Positions 27,002 to 36,954 of a DNA stretch of 64,000 nucleotides are shown here, piece by piece (within the stretch, counting starts at the first letter, position 1; the number at the start of each line of letters is the position of its first letter). The notes beneath the pieces were generated by a model. That model was not told where the DNA came from and did no database searches. It saw only the letters and a program-made list of their open reading frames with translations. The position numbers and the translations under genes are program-made. Origin of the DNA: Candidatus Nanohalobium sp. (lineage in GTDB: Archaea; Nanohalarchaeota; Nanosalinia; Nanosalinales; Nanosalinaceae); contig JBDGSL010000033.1 of assembly GCA_042217555.1 (NCBI GenBank), positions 865-64,864 of the forward strand, in the 5' to 3' direction.

Positions 27002-27733
27002 TCAGTGACTGGTCCATCCTCCGTCTACCGGCATGTTCACTCCTGTGACATAAGAGGCTTCGTCTGAGGTCAGGAATGTTACTGCTGAGGCGATTTCTTC
27101 TGGTTCTGCCATTCTGCCGAGCGGTGTCATGTTCTCTACATGTTTCATGAACTCTTCGTCTTCCTGTACTTCTTCTGTCATGGGTGTGTCGACGAATCCG
27201 GGGCAGACCGAGTTTACTCTTACGTTATACGGTGCCAGATCGTTTGCGACTGAGCGTGTGAGGTTGACGACCCCTCCTTTCGCTGCGTTGTATGCTGTTG
27301 ATCCTGCGTCGCCGACTAGGCCGTAGATGGAGGCCATGTTGATGATGCATCCTTCTGTGTCTTTGAGGTGTGGTGTTGCTGCCTTGCATCCGTGCATGAC
27401 TCCGTCGAGATCTACTTCTATGGTGCTGCGGTAGTCTTCCATCTCCATTTCCTCTATTCCTGCTGCGTCGCCTATACCGGCGTTGTTCACCATTATGTCC
27501 AGCTTTCCGAATCTTTCCACGGTTTCCTCCACTACTCTCTCTACGTCGCCGAACTCTGAGACATCGCACTCATGGAAAGTTGAGTCCGTCTCCTCTGCCA
27601 GTTCCTTTCCGGCTTCTTCATCAACATCGGCTATTACGACGTCTGCGCCTTCCCATGCCAGTCTCTCTACTACTGCTTTTCCTATACCCGAAGAACCTCC
27701 TGTAACGATCGCGACCTTGTTTTCAAAATCCAT
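27002..27733 (-). CDS. short-chain dehydrogenase/reductase (SDR)
   Basis: TGGSSGIG, NNAG, YNAAK, PGFVDT. Confidence 0.95.
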   Translation of the reverse strand: MDFENKVAIVTGGSSGIGKAVVERLAWEGADVVIADVDEEAGKELAEETDSTFHECDVSEFGDVERVVEETVERFGKLDIMVNNAGIGDAAGIEEMEMEDYRSTIEVDLDGVMHGCKAATPHLKDTEGCIINMASIYGLVGDAGSTAYNAAKGGVVNLTRSVANDLAPYNVRVNSVCPGFVDTPMTEEVQEDEEFMKHVENMTPLGRMAEPEEIASAVTFLTSDEASYVTGVNMPVDGGWTSH

Positions 27734-27784
27734 TTTTGAACCACCTAGAAGAGATTGAGGAAGATTTGTTTATAGTTTTTGGTA

Positions 27785-28711
27785 TCACTCCTCAAGGTTT
27801 ACCTGGTCGAATCCCTGCTTCAGGCTTCTGAAGTCAGAGTTGAGGTCGTCTGCCTTTGATGTCAGGTGGGAGAGGTGTGTGCTGTAGAAGGTGTTCCAGT
27901 CTTGCTCGAAGTTTTGGAATTCGGTTTGAAGGTTGTCGAGTTCTTCACGTACTTCTTCGGCCCTTTCTGTCAGCTCTTCCATCCTGAGGTCGGACTTCAC
28001 CAGTTCGAGTTTGTGGCCTAGCGTCAGTGGGGAGGAGACCTGTACCCCTTTCTTCACGTATTTCTGCAGCAGGTCGTACTCCTCCTTGACCAAGTAATAA
28101 TAAACTGCTTCGGAGGGTACGAACTCGAAGGCGAAGTCGGTGGTTCCTTTTTCTGGTTTGACGTACTTGTTGGCGACCTGGTCTAGTGTGTTTTCTACTG
28201 CGTTCCTGAACTTTTTCCTGTGTCTATCCTTTTCTTCCTCTTCCTCCGCTTCCTTCATCTTTCTGAAGCGGTCCAAGGGGAACTTGGCGTCGATGCAGAT
28301 CTTTCCGGCTGAGGAGTCGATGTATGCGTCCGGTTTCTTGGTGCCTACCACCTGTTCCTGCAGTCCGTACATCGAGCTTGGTAGGTGGTCGGATAGTATG
28401 GTTTCCAGTTTTCTTTCTCCGAACTCTCCTCTCTGCTGATTGGATTTCAGCATGGTTTCGATTCCCTGGTGCAGTTCTTCTAGTTCTTTGGTCTGTTGTT
28501 GGACGTTTTCCATCTGGGATTCTACTGATCCAATGGTTTTGTCCAGTTCTAGTTTCTGCCATGACTCGCTTATGGCTCCACGCATCTTGTCCGGGTCTAT
28601 CTCAAGTTCCTGTTCTTCCTGAGCATGTTTCACTTCTTTGACTTCTTTTCCGAGGTATATTACTCCGCTGCTGAGAATTAGTACGGCTCCGCCAAGTAAG
28701 AGTTCGATCAT
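27785..28711 (-). CDS. rmuC: RmuC DNA recombination protein
   Basis: N-terminal TM, coiled coil, RGEFGE..LE.IL, PDAYI..IDAKFP, YVKP..TTDFAFEFVPSE. Confidence 0.85.
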   Translation of the reverse strand: MIELLLGGAVLILSSGVIYLGKEVKEVKHAQEEQELEIDPDKMRGAISESWQKLELDKTIGSVESQMENVQQQTKELEELHQGIETMLKSNQQRGEFGERKLETILSDHLPSSMYGLQEQVVGTKKPDAYIDSSAGKICIDAKFPLDRFRKMKEAEEEEEKDRHRKKFRNAVENTLDQVANKYVKPEKGTTDFAFEFVPSEAVYYYLVKEEYDLLQKYVKKGVQVSSPLTLGHKLELVKSDLRMEELTERAEEVREELDNLQTEFQNFEQDWNTFYSTHLSHLTSKADDLNSDFRSLKQGFDQVNLEE

Positions 28712-28751
28712 GTTAACGGATTAGGATGCGTCACCGTTAAAGATTTATCCC

Positions 28752-31313
28752 GTGGAAAGTTTAGATGTGAAAGTACGGAAAACCAGGGATCTGGAGGAGA
28801 TAGCAGAGAGGGCCTCGGAGTACGATAAGGTGCTGACCGTTGAGCCTTCACTGGCTGACGCAGTTAACCGGAGATTGAGGGAGAAAGGTTTGGAGGAGAA
28901 TGTTGATACTCCTTTCAGAACAGTGGATGCAGAACCTGACTTCAGGAGAAAGAGTTTTCTCAGAGTTGTCCAGGAAACCGGTTTCACGTGGAAACAGGCC
29001 TCTTACCTCGTGGATAACGTATTGGATGTCTGGGAGAGAACAGGGGATCCGGAGAATATACTGGATTACGAAAGGTATAGTTCAGAGGAGTTCCAGCATG
29101 TTGTAGAGATCACGGAGAAAATGGAGACTCCGTTCAGCAAACTGGAAAGACACAGTTTAGAGGGAGATGTAGCGGTTATCAAGCTACACCAGTTCTCGGA
29201 GATGGACAGAAAGATTCTTCCGGAGGACTTCAACGAGATAGATACTTTCACCTCTGAAAACTGTGAGTTGCCGGAGTTCAATGTTTTCCCATCTGCATCG
29301 GATTTAAGCCGTGCGGTCAGACAGAAAACAGAGGAACTGGGAGCTGAAAAAGTCGGAGTAGCTGTGAAGCCAGGAAGCAAGTACGAGCCGGTGCTGAAGT
29401 CCATGCTGGAGGCCCGGGACATACCGTTTCAACGTTCAACGACTGTGAAGGGTAACGAGTCTTTCAGGACTTTCCTCTCTCTCCTTGAGGCAGGTTTGAA
29501 GCAGAAGAAGGTGCGTGTCAGGGATGTACTTCCGATCGCACAGCACCTGGACATATATCTTTCCAAGAGATACGAGAACATGAAGCTTGAAGATGTGGAG
29601 GAGGCAGAGGAGTTGAAGGATTTCCTGAACGTTATGAACTACCTTGACTACAGCGATGCAGTTGAGAAGTACTCCGACATGGCCGATATCAGGGAAGAAA
29701 AGTTGATGCAGGTGCTGGAAGATCTCGGGATAAAAGATGAGAAGGTTTCAGAACACTACAACAATGCTCTCCGGTACTACGCCGAGAACTTCTCAGTAGG
29801 AGGAGAAGTCGTCAAGGAAGGCGTGCTTCTTGCAGATCCTACTGAGGTCTCCTGGATCGACAGAGACTATGTGTTCATGATAGGAATGGGAACTGACTGG
29901 ATGCGTGAAGTACCTGAAAAGCCTTGGACAGATCAGGAAGAACTGGAGAGAGGACACCTGGAAGACTTCGAATCTCTTATCCAGTCAGGCCGGAACACGT
30001 ACTACCTGGTGGAGGATAAGGAGATGAACGAGGAGGTAACCCCCTGCCTTTACCTTGACAGCCTGCTAGACCGGGACTTCTCATCCTTCACTGAATTACC
30101 TCACAGAGACGTTAAAGCGGAAGAAACACGAAGAGGTGAAGAAGGCTTCGGGAAGGAGGACACTGATGTAGAATCTTCAGAAGTGGACTGCCTGAGCCAG
30201 TCGAAACTGAACAGTTATGCTCAGTCACCACGTCTCTACTACTTTGACAGATTGGTAAGCGAGGCTGACAGGGAACGGTTCAGGAAGGGAAACCTCTTCC
30301 ATCAGTACGCTGAATTCCACGTGAACAACCCGGAGAAGGCCTCTTCACTTCAGCTTGAGGAAGTGGTCGAGTTCATGATGCAGGAGATGAAGTCGCTGAC
30401 AGACGAGATAGAGATGGAAGACCTGAGAACCGAGTTCACGGTCGGGATTGAAAACATAAGAGCTTTCCTGGACAGCCATGAACTTCCTGAAACCGGTTTC
30501 AAGGGTTACAAGGCTTCAAAAGATGAGAATGTGTTTATAGACAGGTTTGGAGGTGTCAACGGTTCAAGAGTGACTGAGGCCGTGATCCGGTGCGGCGAAC
30601 TTGGTATAAGAGGAAAGGTTGATCTGCTGCTGTCCAGGAACCACCTGGTTGACTACAAGTCAGGGAACAGGAACTCAACGAAGAAAGTGGTGAAGAAGTC
30701 ACACGTGGAACTGTTTGAAGAGGAAAAGTTCCCGGACTTCCAGCCACTTATGTACATCACGTACCACCGCAAGCATCATCCGGGTGAGGAGATCAAGTTC
30801 ACCTTCCTGCATTTTCTGAACGACATAGGAGACAGTATAAACGGCGGGGAAGCACAGACAGAAACCACTGTACACTACTATCCGGAAAAATTCCAGGAGA
30901 AAAAAGCCTCCATGGAGATGTTTGAAGAACTGATAAGAGACGTGGCAAAATCCAACGACAGAAGAAAAACACTGGAAAAACTTGGCTACCAGCAGTACAA
31001 GAACTTCATGAAACAGAACAAGTTGGAAGAACTTTTCGACAAACAGAAAGCAGTTGAAACAGGTTTCAGAGAAGAACTTGAAAAATATGCCAAGCAGGAA
31101 GTCGGAGACTACAAGTACGTCGAGAAAGGAGTGGAGAAGACTGTCAAGAAACTGGTGGATATCAGAAGCACGAACTACTTCAGGGAAGACGCTGACAAGA
31201 TGGAAGAATTCCTGGATGAAAAGATAGAGGAGATCAACGAATACATCGACTCAAGATTCCCTGTCGATGCAAACCCGGATAAGCTACCTCAGAGAGACCT
31301 GATACTGAAATGA
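28752..31313 (+). CDS. AddB-like protein (degenerate helicase-like N-terminus plus PD-(D/E)XK nuclease), core copy
   Basis: LSQSKLNSYAQSPRLYYF, GNLFH, GKVDLL..VDYKSG; directly upstream of a UvrD helicase. Confidence 0.75.
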   Translation: MESLDVKVRKTRDLEEIAERASEYDKVLTVEPSLADAVNRRLREKGLEENVDTPFRTVDAEPDFRRKSFLRVVQETGFTWKQASYLVDNVLDVWERTGDPENILDYERYSSEEFQHVVEITEKMETPFSKLERHSLEGDVAVIKLHQFSEMDRKILPEDFNEIDTFTSENCELPEFNVFPSASDLSRAVRQKTEELGAEKVGVAVKPGSKYEPVLKSMLEARDIPFQRSTTVKGNESFRTFLSLLEAGLKQKKVRVRDVLPIAQHLDIYLSKRYENMKLEDVEEAEELKDFLNVMNYLDYSDAVEKYSDMADIREEKLMQVLEDLGIKDEKVSEHYNNALRYYAENFSVGGEVVKEGVLLADPTEVSWIDRDYVFMIGMGTDWMREVPEKPWTDQEELERGHLEDFESLIQSGRNTYYLVEDKEMNEEVTPCLYLDSLLDRDFSSFTELPHRDVKAEETRRGEEGFGKEDTDVESSEVDCLSQSKLNSYAQSPRLYYFDRLVSEADRERFRKGNLFHQYAEFHVNNPEKASSLQLEEVVEFMMQEMKSLTDEIEMEDLRTEFTVGIENIRAFLDSHELPETGFKGYKASKDENVFIDRFGGVNGSRVTEAVIRCGELGIRGKVDLLLSRNHLVDYKSGNRNSTKKVVKKSHVELFEEEKFPDFQPLMYITYHRKHHPGEEIKFTFLHFLNDIGDSINGGEAQTETTVHYYPEKFQEKKASMEMFEELIRDVAKSNDRRKTLEKLGYQQYKNFMKQNKLEELFDKQKAVETGFREELEKYAKQEVGDYKYVEKGVEKTVKKLVDIRSTNYFREDADKMEEFLDEKIEEINEYIDSRFPVDANPDKLPQRDLILK

Positions 31314-31376
31314 AACAACAAAATCTGATTAAACCCCTGCAAGCAACATTGTATAGTGAGCGGCGTGGTGATAGGT

Positions 31377-33644
31377 ATGGAGCCTAATCCACAGCAGAAG
31401 AACCTTATCGAGAGCACTGAAGGCGTTTATCTTGTTGATGCAGGTGCAGGGACGGGAAAGACCTTCAGTATCACTAGAAGATACGTGAACATACTGGAAG
31501 ATGCTGAACCGGAGGATATATTCCTGGCAACCTTCACAAGGAACGCAGCCGACGAGATGAAAGACAGGATAAGCCAGAGATCAAGTTATGACGCGGTTGA
31601 GATATTTGACGCTCCTATATCCACTTTCCACAGTCACTGCCAGAAAATCCTTGAAAGGCACGGCCATGAAGCACCTCAGATGCTGGGCATAGAACAGCAC
31701 CTGACAGAGGACGTGCAGGTTCTTGAAAGCCAGATAAGGGAGAGACAGTACTTCCAGAGCTTCATAGAGGAGTTCAGAGAGGCCTACCCCGAGTACCGGA
31801 ACTTTTTCAGGATCACACGCGATGAGTCCAACCTCCTGGAACTAGTGAAGTCGCTCGCAGCCAAAGGCATCATACCGGAGGAAGAAGGCTGGTTCGGTAA
31901 GACAGAACAGTACCTTGACGGAGACTTTGAAAGCTTTCAGAAACTTTTCAGGGAGAAAAACACTCCGGAGGAGAGAAACGGCGGGAAGAGACAGAGCGAG
32001 TTAAGGAAGAGGCTTTACAGCTACAAATGGAAGAACTTCACGCCGGAAGCTCCTGAAATAGAAGAAGTCAGAGGAGGTTACGGCACCAAACAGGTCAGAA
32101 AGGACTTCGCCAGGAAAGCGTTTGAGGAAGACACCGAAGAACTTAAAAAGTTCGTCCACACACTTTACAGAGACTACCTGGAGTACTCACTTGCCCACAA
32201 CTACCTTAACTTCGGTTTTCTTATGATACTGGCCTACATCATCCTGTACAGGAAGCCAGAGGCAAGAGACCGGGAAAAGTTTGACTACGTGATGATAGAC
32301 GAGTTCCAAGACACCAACGAGATACAGTTCAAACTGGCGTTGCTTCTATCCGGAGAGAAAAACCTTTGCGTTGTAGGAGACTGGAAACAGAGCATCTACA
32401 GCTTCCAGTATGCAGCAGTGGAGAACATACAGGACTTCAGGGAACGTCTTGACAGTTACAGCCGTGAACTCAATCAGGACAGGGAGAGAACTCCTTTCCC
32501 ATGCCAGGAAGTAGAGGAAATAAGATTGAAGGAAAACTACCGCTCCACACAGAAAATACTGGATACTGCAGAAAAAGCATTGAAGCTTCCGGCCTACGAC
32601 GGTGAAAACGTTGAAACACCTTCAGTACCTTCTCTTGAAGCCCAGGTGGAGGCAGATACTGAGGTTGGCAGGGTAGAGGCCGAGAATGAGAAAGAGGCAG
32701 TACTGGCCAGGATACAGAAACTGGTGGACAGTAAAAACCTTGGCTACGGTGATATAGCAGTTCTGGCAAGGACCCGGGGCTTTGGACTGGAACTGCAGGA
32801 TAAAGCACGTCAGTACGGTGTTCCTGCTGCTTACGAGGGAGGTGTAGAGCTTTTCAAGACCAACCCGTCGATACTGCTTCTGGCATGGCTGCGCATACTG
32901 CAGGACCGTCACTCATCGAAGGGATGGTCCGTAGTACTTGAAAAAGCCGGTTACAAGGTTTACGAGGCCGAAGAGATACTGGAGAAACGTAGCTACCCGG
33001 AAGACATGCTGGAGTTCAGAGAAGTACTTGAAGACCTGGAAGCCGTGGAGGCTGTCGCCGAGAAAGTGTTTCAGAAGTACGGCTACGCCAACGGATTCAC
33101 AGAGAAACTGGTGGAGGTCCTGGGAAACACGTTTGCCTCCAGCTACATGAACCTGGGCCAGTTGATAGAGTTCATAGAGGAGAATATAGATGAAGGTGAG
33201 ATATACCAGGTGGATACGTCCACAGGGGAAGACGCTGTCAACATACAGACTATTCACTCGGCAAAAGGACTGGAGTACCCTGCGGTAATCATCTCGGATG
33301 TCAACCGGTCGAAGTTCCCCTCTACAAACAGCTTCTCACCGAACATAACTTACAGGGAGCCGATAGGGCTCAGGCAGAGAAAAATCTTCAGAAACCACGA
33401 CTACGCCTACAGCTTCGACAACTGGCAGACCGAGATAATGGAAAAATGTCTGTCAGGAGAGTACGACGAGGAAAGACGGCTTATGTATGTCGCAATGACA
33501 AGGGCCGAACAGTACCTGTACATCACAGCAGAGAAAGGTAACGCATCAACATTCTTCACAGAACTGGACATCCAGAAAAAGAACGGGGAAGAACCGGAGA
33601 AGAGAGAAGAAAAACAGGACGAAAGAAAGGTATTCCAGCTCTAG
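31377..33644 (+). CDS. UvrD/AddA-like helicase lacking the C-terminal nuclease domain
   Basis: All SF1 motifs present; ends about 45 aa after motif VI; paralog of 2314-5103. Confidence 0.9.
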   Translation: MEPNPQQKNLIESTEGVYLVDAGAGTGKTFSITRRYVNILEDAEPEDIFLATFTRNAADEMKDRISQRSSYDAVEIFDAPISTFHSHCQKILERHGHEAPQMLGIEQHLTEDVQVLESQIRERQYFQSFIEEFREAYPEYRNFFRITRDESNLLELVKSLAAKGIIPEEEGWFGKTEQYLDGDFESFQKLFREKNTPEERNGGKRQSELRKRLYSYKWKNFTPEAPEIEEVRGGYGTKQVRKDFARKAFEEDTEELKKFVHTLYRDYLEYSLAHNYLNFGFLMILAYIILYRKPEARDREKFDYVMIDEFQDTNEIQFKLALLLSGEKNLCVVGDWKQSIYSFQYAAVENIQDFRERLDSYSRELNQDRERTPFPCQEVEEIRLKENYRSTQKILDTAEKALKLPAYDGENVETPSVPSLEAQVEADTEVGRVEAENEKEAVLARIQKLVDSKNLGYGDIAVLARTRGFGLELQDKARQYGVPAAYEGGVELFKTNPSILLLAWLRILQDRHSSKGWSVVLEKAGYKVYEAEEILEKRSYPEDMLEFREVLEDLEAVEAVAEKVFQKYGYANGFTEKLVEVLGNTFASSYMNLGQLIEFIEENIDEGEIYQVDTSTGEDAVNIQTIHSAKGLEYPAVIISDVNRSKFPSTNSFSPNITYREPIGLRQRKIFRNHDYAYSFDNWQTEIMEKCLSGEYDEERRLMYVAMTRAEQYLYITAEKGNASTFFTELDIQKKNGEEPEKREEKQDERKVFQL

Positions 33645-34213
33645 CTACGGCTGTACCAGGCCAGAAGCAGGACCACAGTGAAAACAGTGAACGCCATCAT
33701 CGGGACGTTGATGAAACCAAAGTGGAAAGTGTACTCCGTCTCACACGAAACCGACAGCACAGAACAACCTGCCGCATGGAACTGGCTGATCCTCTGAATT
33801 ATGTAATGATAGCCTGCGATACCGGCCCCGATACTTGCCATAGGAACAACGTACTCCCTCACATCAGTATCCAGGTAGACACTGACACCAAACAAAAGCA
33901 CCAGTGGATACATGAAGATTCTCTGAAACCAGCAAAGCCTGCAGGGAGTCCATCCAAGAAAGTTCGACATGTAAAGGCTTCCAGAAGCAGCAAGAACAGT
34001 CAACACCAGGGAAACCTCCCTCCACCTCTCCGAAATAAAACCTGCTAACCTTTCCACATAACCCGAAAAGTATCCCTGCCAGGAAGCAAGGAAAAGCAGT
34101 GCGGAAACAATTACACTGATTTGAACCAGCAAAGTACCTGTAGCCAGAGACCTGACAAACACATCCATAAAACAGGGTTTCAGGAAGGATAGACTAAAAA
34201 GCTTCCGGTCCAC
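33641..34213 (-). CDS. dsbB: disulfide bond formation protein B (DsbB/BdbC family)
   Basis: PCRLCWFQRIFMYP, second Cys pair CSVLSVSC, four TM segments; start may be nearer 34168. Confidence 0.85.
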   Translation of the reverse strand: MDRKLFSLSFLKPCFMDVFVRSLATGTLLVQISVIVSALLFLASWQGYFSGYVERLAGFISERWREVSLVLTVLAASGSLYMSNFLGWTPCRLCWFQRIFMYPLVLLFGVSVYLDTDVREYVVPMASIGAGIAGYHYIIQRISQFHAAGCSVLSVSCETEYTFHFGFINVPMMAFTVFTVVLLLAWYSRS

Positions 34214-34222
34214 CGCCTTTAC

Positions 34223-34618
34223 ATGGAGAAACAGGACTACGCCATACTACTGGCCGCATTCATCCTCTCAACAGGAGCCGGATTCACGTTAGGCCAGATA
34301 CTGGACCCTGGTAACGGATACGTGAAAGAAGTTAACGTAACCGTCAACGCCGACAAAGAAACAGCAGAACTGGATTTCAACGGCCACACACTGGAACTCA
34401 GGTACGAGGACTCTCCAAAGGCAGAGATGTACTACGCCTTCAACGACAGCCGCGGCGTAACCAGGATAGAAGGACTTGAACACGACAGCCAGCTGAACAC
34501 TTTCAGAGATATAAAGTCATTCGGCAACCAGACCTACTTCCTCTACTTCAGATACATGGACGACCCTAAGAAAAGAGAGGACGGATTCCTCAAGCTTTAC
34601 CGTATAGAAGAAACCTGA
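34223..34618 (+). CDS. membrane-anchored hypothetical protein
   Basis: N-terminal hydrophobic helix followed by a beta-rich soluble domain. Confidence 0.65.
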   Translation: MEKQDYAILLAAFILSTGAGFTLGQILDPGNGYVKEVNVTVNADKETAELDFNGHTLELRYEDSPKAEMYYAFNDSRGVTRIEGLEHDSQLNTFRDIKSFGNQTYFLYFRYMDDPKKREDGFLKLYRIEET

Positions 34619-34662
34619 CCCCTCCCTCTCCCCTCCTAAACCTTCCTCCACCCTCCCTTTTT

Positions 34663-35994
34663 TTGGTGGGGCCGTGCACTCCCGTGAAGACTATTAACTC
34701 TAAGTTGTCACACTTTCTAACCGTGATACTGAAAGATATCCGTTACCTTGTCACACAGAACGCACAGAGACAGATACTTGAAGACATAGACCTGAGGATA
34801 ACAGAGGACAAGATCGCAGCCATAGGAGAGGAACTGCCGGTCCAAGATGAAAAAGTGATCAACTGCTCTGACAAAGCAGTTATGCCAGGCCTGATCAACG
34901 CACACACCCATGTCTCCATGACCTTGCTTCGAGGTATCTCAGACGACAAAAAGCTGCAGGACTGGCTGGAAGAAGATATATTCCCGGCAGAGGAAAAGAT
35001 AGGGGAAGAAGAAGCATACATCGGTGCACTGCTTGGATGCCTTGAGATGCTGAAGACAGGAACCACCACGTTCAACGACATGTATGACAACATGGAACAG
35101 GTAGCCGAAGCCGTCGAACAGTCAGGGATCAGAGCAGTACTATCCCGTGGAGTACTTGACATCGACGGAAACGGAGAAAAACGCATGGAAGAAGCAGTAA
35201 AACTGGCCGAACAGTACACGGACAGCGAACTAATAGTACCAGGATTCGCCCCTCACGCAGTCCACACCGCCGACACAGACTCACTACTCCAGCTGAAAGA
35301 ACACGCCGAGGAACACGAAGCAGTATACCACATCCACCTGGCAGAAACCCGTGAAGAAGTAGAAAACTTCGCAGAAGAAAAAGGGAAGACACCTCTACAG
35401 CATCTGGACGAACTAAACCTGGTTGACAACAACCTGATCGCCGCCCACGGAGTATGGCTGATAGAAGAAAACAGAGAGATACTGGAGGAAAAAGGAGGAA
35501 CCATCGTCCACAACCCCTCCGCCAACCTCAAACTAGGCTCCGGAATAGCAGACATACCCGACCTAATACAGAGAAATATCAACGTCGCACTCGGAACCGA
35601 CGGAGTAGCCTCAAACAACAACCTGAACCTGTTCGAAGAAGCCAAGACCGCAGGACTACTTCACAAGATGCAAGACCCCTCAAAAATAACAGCACAGGAC
35701 ATCCTAGACATGGCCACCATTAACGGAGCAAAAGCCCTCAACCTCGAAGACAAGATAGGATCAATCACAGTAGGCAAAAAAGCCGACCTCATAACCATCA
35801 ACCTCAACCAGCCAGACATGACACCCATCCACAGCCACCAAAGCCTGATCTCCAACCTCATCTACTCCCACAAAGGAAACATACAAGACGTCATCACAAA
35901 CGGCCAACACACCATAAAAAACAGGAAACACACCAAACTAGACGAACAGAAAATAATCCAACAGGCAGAAAAAACAGCACAGAAAATACAGTAA
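34663..35994 (+). CDS. amidohydrolase (MTA/SAH deaminase-like)
   Basis: PGLINAHTH, PHAVHT, HIHLAET, AAHGVW, LGTDG; probable start GTG 34723. Confidence 0.85.
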   Translation: MVGPCTPVKTINSKLSHFLTVILKDIRYLVTQNAQRQILEDIDLRITEDKIAAIGEELPVQDEKVINCSDKAVMPGLINAHTHVSMTLLRGISDDKKLQDWLEEDIFPAEEKIGEEEAYIGALLGCLEMLKTGTTTFNDMYDNMEQVAEAVEQSGIRAVLSRGVLDIDGNGEKRMEEAVKLAEQYTDSELIVPGFAPHAVHTADTDSLLQLKEHAEEHEAVYHIHLAETREEVENFAEEKGKTPLQHLDELNLVDNNLIAAHGVWLIEENREILEEKGGTIVHNPSANLKLGSGIADIPDLIQRNINVALGTDGVASNNNLNLFEEAKTAGLLHKMQDPSKITAQDILDMATINGAKALNLEDKIGSITVGKKADLITINLNQPDMTPIHSHQSLISNLIYSHKGNIQDVITNGQHTIKNRKHTKLDEQKIIQQAEKTAQKIQ

Positions 35995-36049
35995 AAAAAC
36001 ACTCCTCCACTCCCCGAAAAAGTCCAGTTCAAAAAAGTTCACATCCACC

Positions 36050-36829
36050 TTGTTCTCCGTGAAACCAGCCAAAAAAGTACTCCGTTCAATGATCGAGAAA
36101 GGAAACCACGAGATAGACAGGGAAAATACCGGACTTTTCCTATCCAGTCTATCCGCAGGCCTGGACATAGGATTCGGCCCACTGCTTATGGGAGTGCTTC
36201 TAACGCTTTCAACCGGAAGCTACGGCGATCTTGGAACCGAACTACTTCTGGCCGGCGCCTACTCCGTCGGATTCATCTTCGTAATACTTGGCCGATCCGA
36301 ACTTTTCACAGAACATACTACACTGGCCGTGATGCCGGTGATAGACGGCAAGGCCTCGCTGAAGAAGCTTGGAAGGCTCTGGAGCATCGTATACGCAGGG
36401 AACATCCTGGGAGGAGTTCTGTTCGCAGGCATGGCAGTAATACTGATACCAGGACTTGGAGTAATAGAGAAAACAGCATTCGAAACCATAGCACACAAAA
36501 TGATAGCACCCCAGCCACAGCACCTTCTCGTCGCAGGAATATTCGCCGGCTGGCTGATGGGCCTACTTGCATGGCTTGTAACCTCAGCCAAGAACACTAT
36601 AGGAAGACTAGCCCTAATCCTCATGGTCACAGCAACCATCGGCATGCTACACCTACCACACAGCATCGCAGGCAACGTAGAAGTACTGCTAGGCCTACTC
36701 ACCTCCACAACCATAACACCCACAAACTACATCACATTCCTCACACTCTCAACGATCGGAAACGCCATCGGAGGAGCCATCTTCGTAGGCCTCATGAAGT
36801 ACGGCCACGTCACCCGAGGCGCCAAATAA
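36050..36829 (+). CDS. formate/nitrite transporter (FNT) family channel
   Basis: SELFTEHT, YAGNILGG, HSIAG, STIGNAIGG. Confidence 0.85.
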   Translation: MFSVKPAKKVLRSMIEKGNHEIDRENTGLFLSSLSAGLDIGFGPLLMGVLLTLSTGSYGDLGTELLLAGAYSVGFIFVILGRSELFTEHTTLAVMPVIDGKASLKKLGRLWSIVYAGNILGGVLFAGMAVILIPGLGVIEKTAFETIAHKMIAPQPQHLLVAGIFAGWLMGLLAWLVTSAKNTIGRLALILMVTATIGMLHLPHSIAGNVEVLLGLLTSTTITPTNYITFLTLSTIGNAIGGAIFVGLMKYGHVTRGAK

Positions 36830-36954
36830 TAAAAAAGAGAAGACCTCGGTACCTACCCCTCCTCCCTTTTTTTCTTTTTTCCTAAACTCTTCCGTGAGGT
36901 AATACTTTCAAAACATTTCTCAGGCCTTACAGTTCTAAGAGGTATCTAAAACTT

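Noticed and set aside
28752-31313. Cas4 call for the PD-(D/E)XK domain
   Set aside because: Lacks the Fe-S cysteines, is fused to a long N-terminal region, and is paired with a UvrD helicase
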